A stretch of DNA of 64,000 nucleotides. Source: Myxococcales bacterium. GTDB taxonomy: Bacteria; Myxococcota_A; UBA9160; UBA4427. Position 1 is the first letter of the stretch. Each line of letters opens with the position of its first letter. The stretch lies in assembly GCA_022563535.1 (NCBI GenBank), contig JADFNE010000016.1:9025-73024 (forward strand), in the 5' to 3' direction. The notes under the pieces were generated by a model, which searched no databases, was not told the origin of the DNA, and saw only the letters and a program-made list of their open reading frames with translations. Of the stretch, positions 49,514 to 57,993 are shown piece by piece. A program made the translations under genes and the position numbers.

Positions 49514-50074
49514 ATGCCCGCATTCCCCCGAGACGAAATGGAAGAAATGGTAGACCGCTGGGTTGCGGCCAATAACGCTGCTGGCAGTAGTGGCGACTGG
49601 TCGAAGATGTCTGAATTTTATACCGAAGACGCCGTGTACAGCTGGAACATGGGTCCCAATTGGGAGTTCGTCGCCCGGGGACGCAAACAGATTCACGAAA
49701 CAGCCTTTGGTTCGGAAATGAGTGGACTCGAGCACTGGACCTATCCCTACGTGCGGCGCCTGATCGACGATCAGAAGGGAGAGTTCCTCGGAATCTGGCG
49801 TCAGATCGCGCCGATCGAGGATCCCGATGGTGATCCGTACGAGATTCACGGCACGGGCGGCAGTTGGTTTCGTTACGCGGGTGACTTCAAATGGTGCTGG
49901 CAGCGAGACTTCTTTGACCACGGAAATGCTGGCGCGGTGTTTGGCGCCATGATGAAGAACGGCGACCTGAGCGAACGCATGCAAGAACGCATGAAGGCGG
50001 GTAGCAAGATGCCTGGATGGACCCGGCGCTCGGAGTTCGACTGGTTTACGACCCTCGAAGATCCAGACGCCTAG
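49514..50074 (+). CDS. NTF2/SnoaL-like protein (Rv0762c-like)
   Basis: FYTEDAVYSWNMGP, WTYPY, GGSWFRYAG, WQRDFFD; GAGGAG RBS. Confidence 0.85.
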   Translation: MPAFPRDEMEEMVDRWVAANNAAGSSGDWSKMSEFYTEDAVYSWNMGPNWEFVARGRKQIHETAFGSEMSGLEHWTYPYVRRLIDDQKGEFLGIWRQIAPIEDPDGDPYEIHGTGGSWFRYAGDFKWCWQRDFFDHGNAGAVFGAMMKNGDLSERMQERMKAGSKMPGWTRRSEFDWFTTLEDPDA

Positions 50075-50142
50075 AGACGCAACCGCAGTGGTTGAAATCG
50101 TGGTTCGAAATCCTCTGCGTCTTCGCCTGCAACGGGAGACTC

Positions 50143-51426
50143 ATGACATTGCTTGACGATTACTCCGGGCCATTCGATCCCGACGTGGGTCTGGGCAGTT
50201 TTTCGCGCCAGACCCTCGCCCACCTCGGGCGCGAGTTCCTGCTGAGCGGTCATTTGCAGGATCGCGTCGGACTCCCGCTGGTCGCCAAGCTTCTGGGCGG
50301 TCAGTCCTACGTCGATTTTGCGATCGAAGAATGGATGGGCGCGAGTCCGATCTATTCGCAGCGCATGCAACGGGCGATGAATTTCGAGGGGCATGACGTC
50401 GGGACCGTGTTCAAGAATCTACAGCTCGACATTGGCGCCCCGCACCAATTCATGGATTTTCAGTTCCGCCTGGATCGCCCGGACTATGGCGAATTTTGGC
50501 TGCCTCACTGCGGAGCCCTGCTCGACGTCGAACCCTTCGGCGAGAAACGGGTCAAGCTCATGTGTCACAACATCGAAGACCCCACCTTTGATGCCACCGC
50601 CGCCGCCACTCACCCGTGCATGAAGATGCGTCCTATCCACCGCCCACCCCGCTCCCCCGCTGACCGAGTTCCCCATTGTCGCTGGTCGGTGTCGATCGGA
50701 GACGAAGCGGAACCCTTCGAGCAGCATCCCAATCTCGAAATCGTGCGAAAATCAAAAATTGCAAGCGTGCCCGTACTCATTCCCGCCGCCGACTCTGAGC
50801 CCGGCGGAAAACTCGACTACTCGGGCCCCTTCGACCCCGGGTTCCAACTCGAAGATCTCGCTCATCGGGCGCTCGTTGTCGTATGCCAGGAGTTTGCCGT
50901 ACAGAGTCACCTGCTGACCCGGGCCTTCATGCTCTGCGCCGCACAACGAAAAAGTGACTCGGTTGCCATGGATCTGGGAAGCGCCCAGTGGACAGGCATT
51001 GCCGCTTTGACCGCAGAGCGACTCGCGAAACAACTCCAGATCACCGGTGATTCGATTGAAGACGTGGCCAAGATTTTTCAACTTCATCCCTGTTTCTTTC
51101 CGCGCAGCTATGTGGATTTCCGCGTGGAGATCACAGGACCCTTGCGCGCTCGAATCTCGCTTGGAGACTGTCCGGCATTCGAAGAGGGTGACCCCTACTC
51201 GTGGTTCGCAGGTCTCGCTTGCGAACCCCACCGCGCGTTGGATGCGATCGCCGGCGTGATCAATCCCCGAGCACGCTGCCACCCGGTGCCAGATCCCGTA
51301 GACTCGCGATTCGCCTGGGACGTCGTCATCGATCCGAATTCTGCGCCGCAAGAACCACCCAAAGAGCTAGCGCTCGCCAAGCTCAGTCGCGGCGCGACCT
51401 TTGAATTCGAACAGCGACGGCACTGA
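50143..51426 (+). CDS. Conserved hypothetical protein with two homologous halves
   Basis: DYSGPFDP occurs twice, each followed by a similar helix (EF..SGHL / EF..QSHL); GGGAG RBS before ATG 50143. Confidence 0.8.
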   Translation: MTLLDDYSGPFDPDVGLGSFSRQTLAHLGREFLLSGHLQDRVGLPLVAKLLGGQSYVDFAIEEWMGASPIYSQRMQRAMNFEGHDVGTVFKNLQLDIGAPHQFMDFQFRLDRPDYGEFWLPHCGALLDVEPFGEKRVKLMCHNIEDPTFDATAAATHPCMKMRPIHRPPRSPADRVPHCRWSVSIGDEAEPFEQHPNLEIVRKSKIASVPVLIPAADSEPGGKLDYSGPFDPGFQLEDLAHRALVVVCQEFAVQSHLLTRAFMLCAAQRKSDSVAMDLGSAQWTGIAALTAERLAKQLQITGDSIEDVAKIFQLHPCFFPRSYVDFRVEITGPLRARISLGDCPAFEEGDPYSWFAGLACEPHRALDAIAGVINPRARCHPVPDPVDSRFAWDVVIDPNSAPQEPPKELALAKLSRGATFEFEQRRH

Positions 51427-51440
51427 ACCGAAGGGAAGTT

Positions 51441-52307
51441 GTGGATTTCTGCATCGCCGTCGCTTACATCGATCCCAGTGAACTCTGCGACATTGCGCGC
51501 AGCGCGGAAGCTGCTGGGTTCGGGGGCATCGTCGTCTCCGATCACGTTTTCTATCCCGAGGAACTCCGCACCCCCTATCCCTACACCTCCCACGGCCGCC
51601 CACGCTGGCAAGTCGATACACCGTGGCCCGACCCGTTGATCGCCATAGGCGCGATGGCTGCCGTCACCGAGCGCATTCGTTTCATCTCGAGCGTCTACCT
51701 GCTCGGATTACGACATCCGGTGCTCGCCGCAAAGAGTGTGACGACCACGGCAGTGATGTCCCAAAACCGCCTGATCCTCGGTGTGGGCGCGGGATGGATG
51801 CGCGAAGAATTCGATCTGCTCGGCCAGTCGTTTGCCGGACGCGGTCGACGACTCGACGAAGCGATCGAAGTACTGCGCAAACTGTTCGCCGGTGGCATGG
51901 TCGAACACCACGGAGAGTTCTACGACTTCGATCGAATTCAGATGAGTCCCGTGCCGGACCGGCCCGTGCCAATCTACGGCGGTGGCGTTTCGGAACCCGC
52001 CCTGCGCCGAGCCGCCACGTTGTGCGACGGCTGGGCTTCTGAAATCCAAACCACCGAAGAGCTCGACATCATCATGGGCAAACTTCGGGCCTATCGGAGC
52101 GATTCGCCAAAAGCAGACGAACCCCTGGGAATCTGCGCGGCGCTTCGCGACGTCTACGACGTCGATGGGTATCGCAGCATGGCAGAGCGAGGCGTAACCG
52201 AACTCATCACCGTGCCCTGGCTCTTCTACGGCGATGCCAGCCAGAGTTGCACGCAGAAATGCGACGGGATCCGTCGCTTTGCAGACGAAGTCATCAGCAA
52301 GCTCTAG
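51441..52307 (+). CDS. LLM-class, probably F420-dependent oxidoreductase
   Basis: VSDHVFYP, WPDP, RHPV..AK, LGVGAGWMREEF, GGGVSEPALRRAA..DGW. Confidence 0.9.
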   Translation: MDFCIAVAYIDPSELCDIARSAEAAGFGGIVVSDHVFYPEELRTPYPYTSHGRPRWQVDTPWPDPLIAIGAMAAVTERIRFISSVYLLGLRHPVLAAKSVTTTAVMSQNRLILGVGAGWMREEFDLLGQSFAGRGRRLDEAIEVLRKLFAGGMVEHHGEFYDFDRIQMSPVPDRPVPIYGGGVSEPALRRAATLCDGWASEIQTTEELDIIMGKLRAYRSDSPKADEPLGICAALRDVYDVDGYRSMAERGVTELITVPWLFYGDASQSCTQKCDGIRRFADEVISKL

Positions 52308-52543
52308 CCGGGCAAGGACGCCAAGCTCCAACTAGACGCGGGGTCGCGTCCACAAACGCGCATTCCCTGCCAGCGGTGTAATCGAGTACAGCGAACTCGC
52401 GCAGACACCCTCCACTCGCAACTCCCCGCAAGACCGCTCCGGGGATGCGCAGCCGGGTTGCAATAGCCCGCCATATTTACAGCCTGGGTTGACACCCTTG
52501 TCCTCCACTCGGCCACTCACCTTCAATTCCCAATATGCCCTAG

Positions 52544-54616
52544 GTGATGTCGGTGTTTCGCAGTAGATCTCTATCCGTTGTTTTGATTGCGGCCATTCTG
52601 TTTCTGAGCTCGCTCGGCCTGTCCGGCTGCGGGAACCAGGGTGGCGCGTCTCGCGCCGGGTCGAGCGGCGCCGAATCAGATCGCCTGGGTGATGCCGCCG
52701 AAGATCGATCCCGTCCGGTCCCCACCGCTGCGAGCACCCAAGCCTCTCAGGCACCCGTCACGATCGGTGCAGCATCACTTGGCCCGAGTGAAATCAGCGA
52801 TCTCATTGCGCTCCGCAAGCAGCAGGTGCTCGAGGCCTATCTCGACTCGCCCTCCCCCTCGCCGAACTCCAACAACCCATACGACCGCTGCTGGGTACGC
52901 GCCGCATACTCACTTGCCGCCTTCAAATCCGGTTCGGGCACCGCCCTCGCAGAACAATACATTCGCGAAATTCGCAGCGAGTTCAGGTTCAGCGATGACG
53001 CTACTCTCGGCGACCCTCCGTGCTACTTCGCCATTCCCCTCATCTGGCGCAACTACCTCGATCCCGAGTCCCATGCGCGACTGAGCGAGGCGAACCGAGA
53101 AGACCTGCTTGAAATCATGTGGAGCTTCGTATATTCCCGGAGCAAAGTCGCGGATGCCCAGGGTTCTGTCTGGGTCATCACAATGAGCGAAAACCACGAC
53201 GCGCTTCAAAAGTCAGCCTACCTCCTCGCCAGCCGCGCCCTCATGGAAGCCGGGTATCCATACGGCCCGGATACCCTGCTGGCCGACGGGGAAGATCTCG
53301 AGACCCACTATCTGACCTGGCTGGATTATTGGTACGAGTATTTCAAAGAACGTGCGCTCGAAGGCATCAGCAACGAAGTCGCTTCTCCAACCTACGAGAA
53401 GTACACCTTGTCTGCCTACTACGGCGTCCGCGATTTCGCCGGAGACACAGCCCTCGAATCTCGCGCAACCGATTTCCTCGCGCTTTATTGGGCAGACGTC
53501 GCTCAAGATTTCTTGCCCGGTGCGAATGTGCGCGGAGGCGCTGCCACCCGGGCATACAAGAACGCGTATCTGACGAGAGGCTCCCGCCAATCCACGCGAG
53601 ACTGGCTCTACATCTACCAATGGCATGACGAGTTCAGCGGCCGTCCACACCCCATGACACTGATCGCGGCGAGTAGTCCCTACAACCCCCCCGACATCGT
53701 TCGCTATCAGGCGACTAGCCGCGATCGCTCACACATCTATACATCTCGCCGCTACGGCATGGGGACCTCGACTTACATCGATGGACTGCTCTCCTATCCC
53801 ATCCGCTTCGACGGCGAGCACGGTTCGCGAATCCTGCGCATAACCCACGTCACTAAAGACTACGCATTGGGCGCGATGAGCTACTCGTCGTCCCACAGCT
53901 ACAACGGCCTGACGGGCCAGAACCGCTCGATGGGCGTTCAGTTCGCAAGCGGCCCCGACGACCTAATCGTCATTCATGGGCGCGGGCTCGACGACAATGG
54001 ACGGATCGGCTTCAACGAAATCAACGGACTGGTCAGCGAGGGCGTATTGGTCGTTGCCCGCGACCCGTCCGTCACGCGCTCTGGCGCGACTCGAGTCTTT
54101 ATCTCCAACGGAGCGCTGTGGAACAACCGGGTGGTCCGGAACGGTTGGTTCTTCACTCGCGCCGGAGATGCCTACTGCGCAATTCGCATGCCCGACGCGG
54201 GTTATGCTGTCCGCAGCGTCGGCGAAGGAAAGATGCTCGATCAAATCGACAGTTGGACGCCGATCGTCGTCCAGATGGGACAGGCGCGTCACTACGCCAG
54301 CTTCCAGGCATTCCAGGACTCGGTACTTCAGAACGAGCTAGCCGTCGAACGCGAAAACAGGCCGATCACGAAGGGAACTCTCTCGTCCGATCGCTACGCA
54401 CTGATTCAGAGCGAACTCAGCTACCGGACTGAAGCGGGGGATGCTCTCGTGGTCCACAGCCACGGCCGCACTAGCTCGACAATCAACGAAATCCCACTCG
54501 ATCTCGCGCCGAGCAAGACGTATTCGAGCCCGTATCTGTCCAACGTCTATGGAAGCGATACCATTGAACTCAGTCATCCACTGTTCGAAACTTTGCTTCT
54601 GGACTACTCCGACTGA
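52544..54616 (+). CDS. Large secreted lipoprotein of unknown function
   Basis: Signal peptide with lipobox LSGC, S/A/P-rich linker, aromatic-rich helical region with SENH, beta-rich C-terminus. Confidence 0.75.
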   Translation: MMSVFRSRSLSVVLIAAILFLSSLGLSGCGNQGGASRAGSSGAESDRLGDAAEDRSRPVPTAASTQASQAPVTIGAASLGPSEISDLIALRKQQVLEAYLDSPSPSPNSNNPYDRCWVRAAYSLAAFKSGSGTALAEQYIREIRSEFRFSDDATLGDPPCYFAIPLIWRNYLDPESHARLSEANREDLLEIMWSFVYSRSKVADAQGSVWVITMSENHDALQKSAYLLASRALMEAGYPYGPDTLLADGEDLETHYLTWLDYWYEYFKERALEGISNEVASPTYEKYTLSAYYGVRDFAGDTALESRATDFLALYWADVAQDFLPGANVRGGAATRAYKNAYLTRGSRQSTRDWLYIYQWHDEFSGRPHPMTLIAASSPYNPPDIVRYQATSRDRSHIYTSRRYGMGTSTYIDGLLSYPIRFDGEHGSRILRITHVTKDYALGAMSYSSSHSYNGLTGQNRSMGVQFASGPDDLIVIHGRGLDDNGRIGFNEINGLVSEGVLVVARDPSVTRSGATRVFISNGALWNNRVVRNGWFFTRAGDAYCAIRMPDAGYAVRSVGEGKMLDQIDSWTPIVVQMGQARHYASFQAFQDSVLQNELAVERENRPITKGTLSSDRYALIQSELSYRTEAGDALVVHSHGRTSSTINEIPLDLAPSKTYSSPYLSNVYGSDTIELSHPLFETLLLDYSD

Positions 54617-54636
54617 TAGCCTTGTCCGCGGACGAT

Positions 54637-56031
54637 CTATAGAACGACCAGCAAATAGATTACGGCGATTCCCAGCTGAACCAATGCATAGGGCAACGCC
54701 CGCCCTACGAAGCCCGCAAAGGACAGCGTGATTCCGCTCTTGTGGATGATCGTTACGGCCACCAGGGTCGATGCTGAACCGATCGGGGTGATGTTGCCAC
54801 CCAGGTTCGCACCGAAGATGACTGCCCACCAATACGGCGAGTCCGCAGCGAGATCGAGTCCGCCCAAGATACTTGCGAGCATTGCGGCCAGCGGGATGTT
54901 GTCGGTGACGGAACTCGCCGCCGCGGAGGCCACGAGCAAGACTCCGGGCCCCGTGCTCTCGCCCATGTTCAGGATCGGCATCAGGAATTGACCAATCAAA
55001 TGCAGCACCTGGGCGTGTTCCATCACGTTGATGACGATGAACAGCGCCGCAAAGAAGCCGAGCAGATCCCAGTCGATTTCACGATAGAACCGGTCTGCGG
55101 TGGCCTTGTGTTGGAGCAACGCAAGAATGGCAAATGAGAGCGCCACGTAGCCCATTCCGAGATCATTCAGCAGGGTGTCGGGGATGGACGCACTCGCAAT
55201 GACGACGATGAACGCCATCAACGAAAATGCACCCACCCAGAATCGCCACGGCGATTCAATGCCGTCGTTCTCGTCGAAACCGGACACCATGCGAAGCGCT
55301 TCGGCCCGCTCTTCGTCACCGGCTAGCCGGTGAATTCCAAACAACTTCGCGCCCATTGCAATGGTGATCGCAGTCGTGACAACGACATAGGGTGCTGCAG
55401 CGATAAAGAATTCGGCAAAGCTGATACCGGCTGCATTGCCGACGATGATGTTTGGCACCGAACTGATCAGCGTAAGCAGGCCGCCCACATTGGTCAAAAG
55501 TCCTTCGATTAATAGAAACCCGAGCAGCTTGTCTGAAATTTTCAGGCGGCGCAGAGAAACGCCCGTCAACGAGCCCACGATGATCATTGCTGTGACGTTG
55601 TTGAGCACCGCAGAGAACAGCACGGTCATCGTCCCGTAGGCGACGAGAAGAATGAGCGGATCGCCCTTGGAAGCCTTGGTGAGCCGCAGCGCGATCCAGG
55701 TAAAGAGTCCGGACTTTGCCGTGACATCCACGAACAGCGACGACCCCAATATGATCGAGATCACACCCCAGTCGATCGCCGGAATGTAGATGGGCAGGTG
55801 GATGGCCGTCTCACCGACTTGCAGATACATCTCCGAAAATGGCAACAGTCCGAACAAGCCGCCGAGCAGCAGCGAGATGACCGCGAAGACGCCCACGATG
55901 ACGGACTTTTTCGCGTGAAGCTTCTCTTCCAACGCCAGGCACAGAATCATCGACACGAGCAGGCCGGCAAAGAACAACGTGACGCCGGTAGATACCTCAT
56001 GACTAACAGCGGTCATCACAGGGTCAGTCAT
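54637..56031 (-). CDS. ArsB/NhaD/SLC13-family ion transporter permease
   Basis: IDW, SAVLNNVT, NVGGLLTLISSVPNII, SVTDNIP, GANLGGNITPIGS. Confidence 0.9.
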   Translation of the reverse strand: MTDPVMTAVSHEVSTGVTLFFAGLLVSMILCLALEEKLHAKKSVIVGVFAVISLLLGGLFGLLPFSEMYLQVGETAIHLPIYIPAIDWGVISIILGSSLFVDVTAKSGLFTWIALRLTKASKGDPLILLVAYGTMTVLFSAVLNNVTAMIIVGSLTGVSLRRLKISDKLLGFLLIEGLLTNVGGLLTLISSVPNIIVGNAAGISFAEFFIAAAPYVVVTTAITIAMGAKLFGIHRLAGDEERAEALRMVSGFDENDGIESPWRFWVGAFSLMAFIVVIASASIPDTLLNDLGMGYVALSFAILALLQHKATADRFYREIDWDLLGFFAALFIVINVMEHAQVLHLIGQFLMPILNMGESTGPGVLLVASAAASSVTDNIPLAAMLASILGGLDLAADSPYWWAVIFGANLGGNITPIGSASTLVAVTIIHKSGITLSFAGFVGRALPYALVQLGIAVIYLLVVL

Positions 56032-56040
56032 CACAACACA

Positions 56041-56081
56041 ATCTCATTTCAACATCTCATATATCATCATCTCATATCAAC
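56041..56081. repeat. Three imperfect AT-rich repeats starting ATCTCAT
   Basis: ATCTCATTTCAAC (56041), ATCTCATATATCATC (56054), ATCTCATATCAAC (56069). Confidence 0.7.
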
Positions 56082-56926
56082 AACAGCGGTATAGCCCGCA
56101 GTTCCACAGCGAGGGAGTAAGCCTGTCCCTGCATTGCAGGCTGGCCGCCTTCCCATGTATTGAGCACGAGCAGATCACAGCGATGGTCTTCGACGAGTCG
56201 CCGGTATTCCGCCACGCGGTCACCCATCTCTACGATGGCTTCGAGTTTGACGGGCAAAGCCCTTGCTTCGATCTCCCTGCGGCATGATTCGATGTAGTCC
56301 GCCGGTTCCTTGAGCAGCTGCGCCTCGACCAGCTGCCGCACGTCGTCGGTTTCAATCTCTGAAATTTTTTCGACTGCAGACACGAATTGAGCGAACTGTC
56401 GTCGGCTCTCGATATGCGTGAGCCAACAAGTTCCCGACGGTGCCGTGAATCGCAGCGCGTAGTTGACCAGGCGCGCATCCGCCGTCAGATGATTCGTTAT
56501 GGCCATTACGGTGTCTGTATTTGCAATGGTGTGCGGAAGCGCGTAGTTCGCTTCGGGGTGTGGCAGAACGAGTATTGGAAACGGGGTCACTTGCAAAAGT
56601 ACGTCGAGGTACTCCCCAAGGCCGTGCGGCCACTGCCATGCATTCGAATGCAGGTGCCGATAGGTCACGACCAGATCGGGAGCCTCCTCCTCGATCCGCC
56701 CCAGCAAGTCCCCGACACTCGCATAATCCGGCCCGCCGACGTGACGCCACTCCGGATCATCGCCGAGCACGGACAAGAAGGTGCGCAGGTGGGAGAGCAG
56801 GGGCGCAGCTTCGGCGTCACTCAAATCCGTCACGACCACGACACGGGACAGTTCGATCCGACTGAATTCGTAGACGGGCTTGTCGGCTGACTTGAATACG
56901 GATTCGAAGGTATCGAGTTTGGTCAT
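56072..56926 (-). CDS. Tandem universal-stress-protein-like protein
   Basis: Two USP-like halves (VVVVTDLS..PDLVV..PILVLP; CDLLVLN..IPLLLI). Confidence 0.65.
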   Translation of the reverse strand: MTKLDTFESVFKSADKPVYEFSRIELSRVVVVTDLSDAEAAPLLSHLRTFLSVLGDDPEWRHVGGPDYASVGDLLGRIEEEAPDLVVTYRHLHSNAWQWPHGLGEYLDVLLQVTPFPILVLPHPEANYALPHTIANTDTVMAITNHLTADARLVNYALRFTAPSGTCWLTHIESRRQFAQFVSAVEKISEIETDDVRQLVEAQLLKEPADYIESCRREIEARALPVKLEAIVEMGDRVAEYRRLVEDHRCDLLVLNTWEGGQPAMQGQAYSLAVELRAIPLLLI

Positions 56927-56962
56927 CTCGGTGCAGATCGTACCGAACTCGTCACCACCGTG

Positions 56963-57412
56963 TCATCGCCGCAGACGCTGATAGGCCTGCTGGATATCGA
57001 TGGATCTGCGGTGGGCGAGTTCCTGCAACTCTTCTCCGAGATGGGCCACTTTGTCCGGGTGATACTCTCGCATTCGCGCGCGATAGGCGGATTGGATTTC
57101 ATCTTGACTGGCCCCCGGCGAGATTCCGAGAATCGCATGCGGATTGAGGTCTGCTCTGGAAGCGTCAGAGGACGAGTCGTGCCCCAGCGGCATTCCGGAT
57201 CCGGGACCCCCCGGGTTCTGCCCGGCCATGTACTTTCGTGCGTAACCGCGAAAATAATGGGCCAGGAGGCCCATCACCACCAGGTCGTCCAGCAACCCGA
57301 GCCCGCGACCCATGTAATCGGGAATCAGATCGCGCGGAAACACCAGGTACAGGATCGCCACGAGGAGCAACCACTTCTTGAGATCCTTGGGATCCATCTT
57401 CGACACGGCCAT
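56963..57412 (-). CDS. DUF1232 membrane domain fused to a J domain
   Basis: [16 protein letters not shown] then PHAILGI..IQSAYR..YHPDKV. Confidence 0.88.
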   Translation of the reverse strand: MAVSKMDPKDLKKWLLLVAILYLVFPRDLIPDYMGRGLGLLDDLVVMGLLAHYFRGYARKYMAGQNPGGPGSGMPLGHDSSSDASRADLNPHAILGISPGASQDEIQSAYRARMREYHPDKVAHLGEELQELAHRRSIDIQQAYQRLRR

Positions 57413-57448
57413 GATCGCCGAAGGGTAGGCGATTGTGGACTGGGGATC

Positions 57449-57802
57449 CTACTCGATCTCGAGCTGGTTCTTCACACGGGTCACACCCTCGACACCGCGC
57501 GCGAGGGATGTGGCCTTGCGCCTTGCCGACCGGGATTGGATTTTCCCGTGCAAAGTCACGACACCATTGTGAGTGTCGACGTTGATCTGGAGCCCTTTGA
57601 TGTCCGAGTCTCCGAGCAACTTCGACTTGACGCTCGCCGTGATGGCCGCATCGTTCATGATGGTGCCGACGCTGCGACTATCCGAGCCCACGTAATAGCC
57701 ACCGGTACCAGCGGCGCCAATCGCCAGTACTGCGCAGCCGAGTGAACTACCAAGAACCAGGAAACCCAGAACGAAAACGGCTGGGACGAGAAATCGACGC
57801 AT
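57449..57802 (-). CDS. BON domain lipoprotein
   Basis: Lipobox SLGC, DAAITASVKSKL, INVDTHNGVVTLHG, VEGVTRVKNQL; GGAGG RBS. Confidence 0.9.
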   Translation of the reverse strand: MRRFLVPAVFVLGFLVLGSSLGCAVLAIGAAGTGGYYVGSDSRSVGTIMNDAAITASVKSKLLGDSDIKGLQINVDTHNGVVTLHGKIQSRSARRKATSLARGVEGVTRVKNQLEIE

Positions 57803-57993
57803 GACTACCTCCGTTCTTGGAGGGGGGAGGCAAGAATCTAACCGACATAGGACCCAGGGCCAACGAATCCGCGACTCGGCGTGCGCCCAGGCTGGAGCTA
57901 GACCAACCGCTTGATCCCCCAGAGGACAGTTGCGATACTTGAACCCCGGCCTGTCAACCGAACCGTTTTGCGGGCAAATGTGAGGCTCGAATT

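Noticed and set aside
52489..52494. Perfect TTGACA upstream of the lipoprotein gene
   Set aside because: No acceptable -10 element at 16-18 bp spacing.
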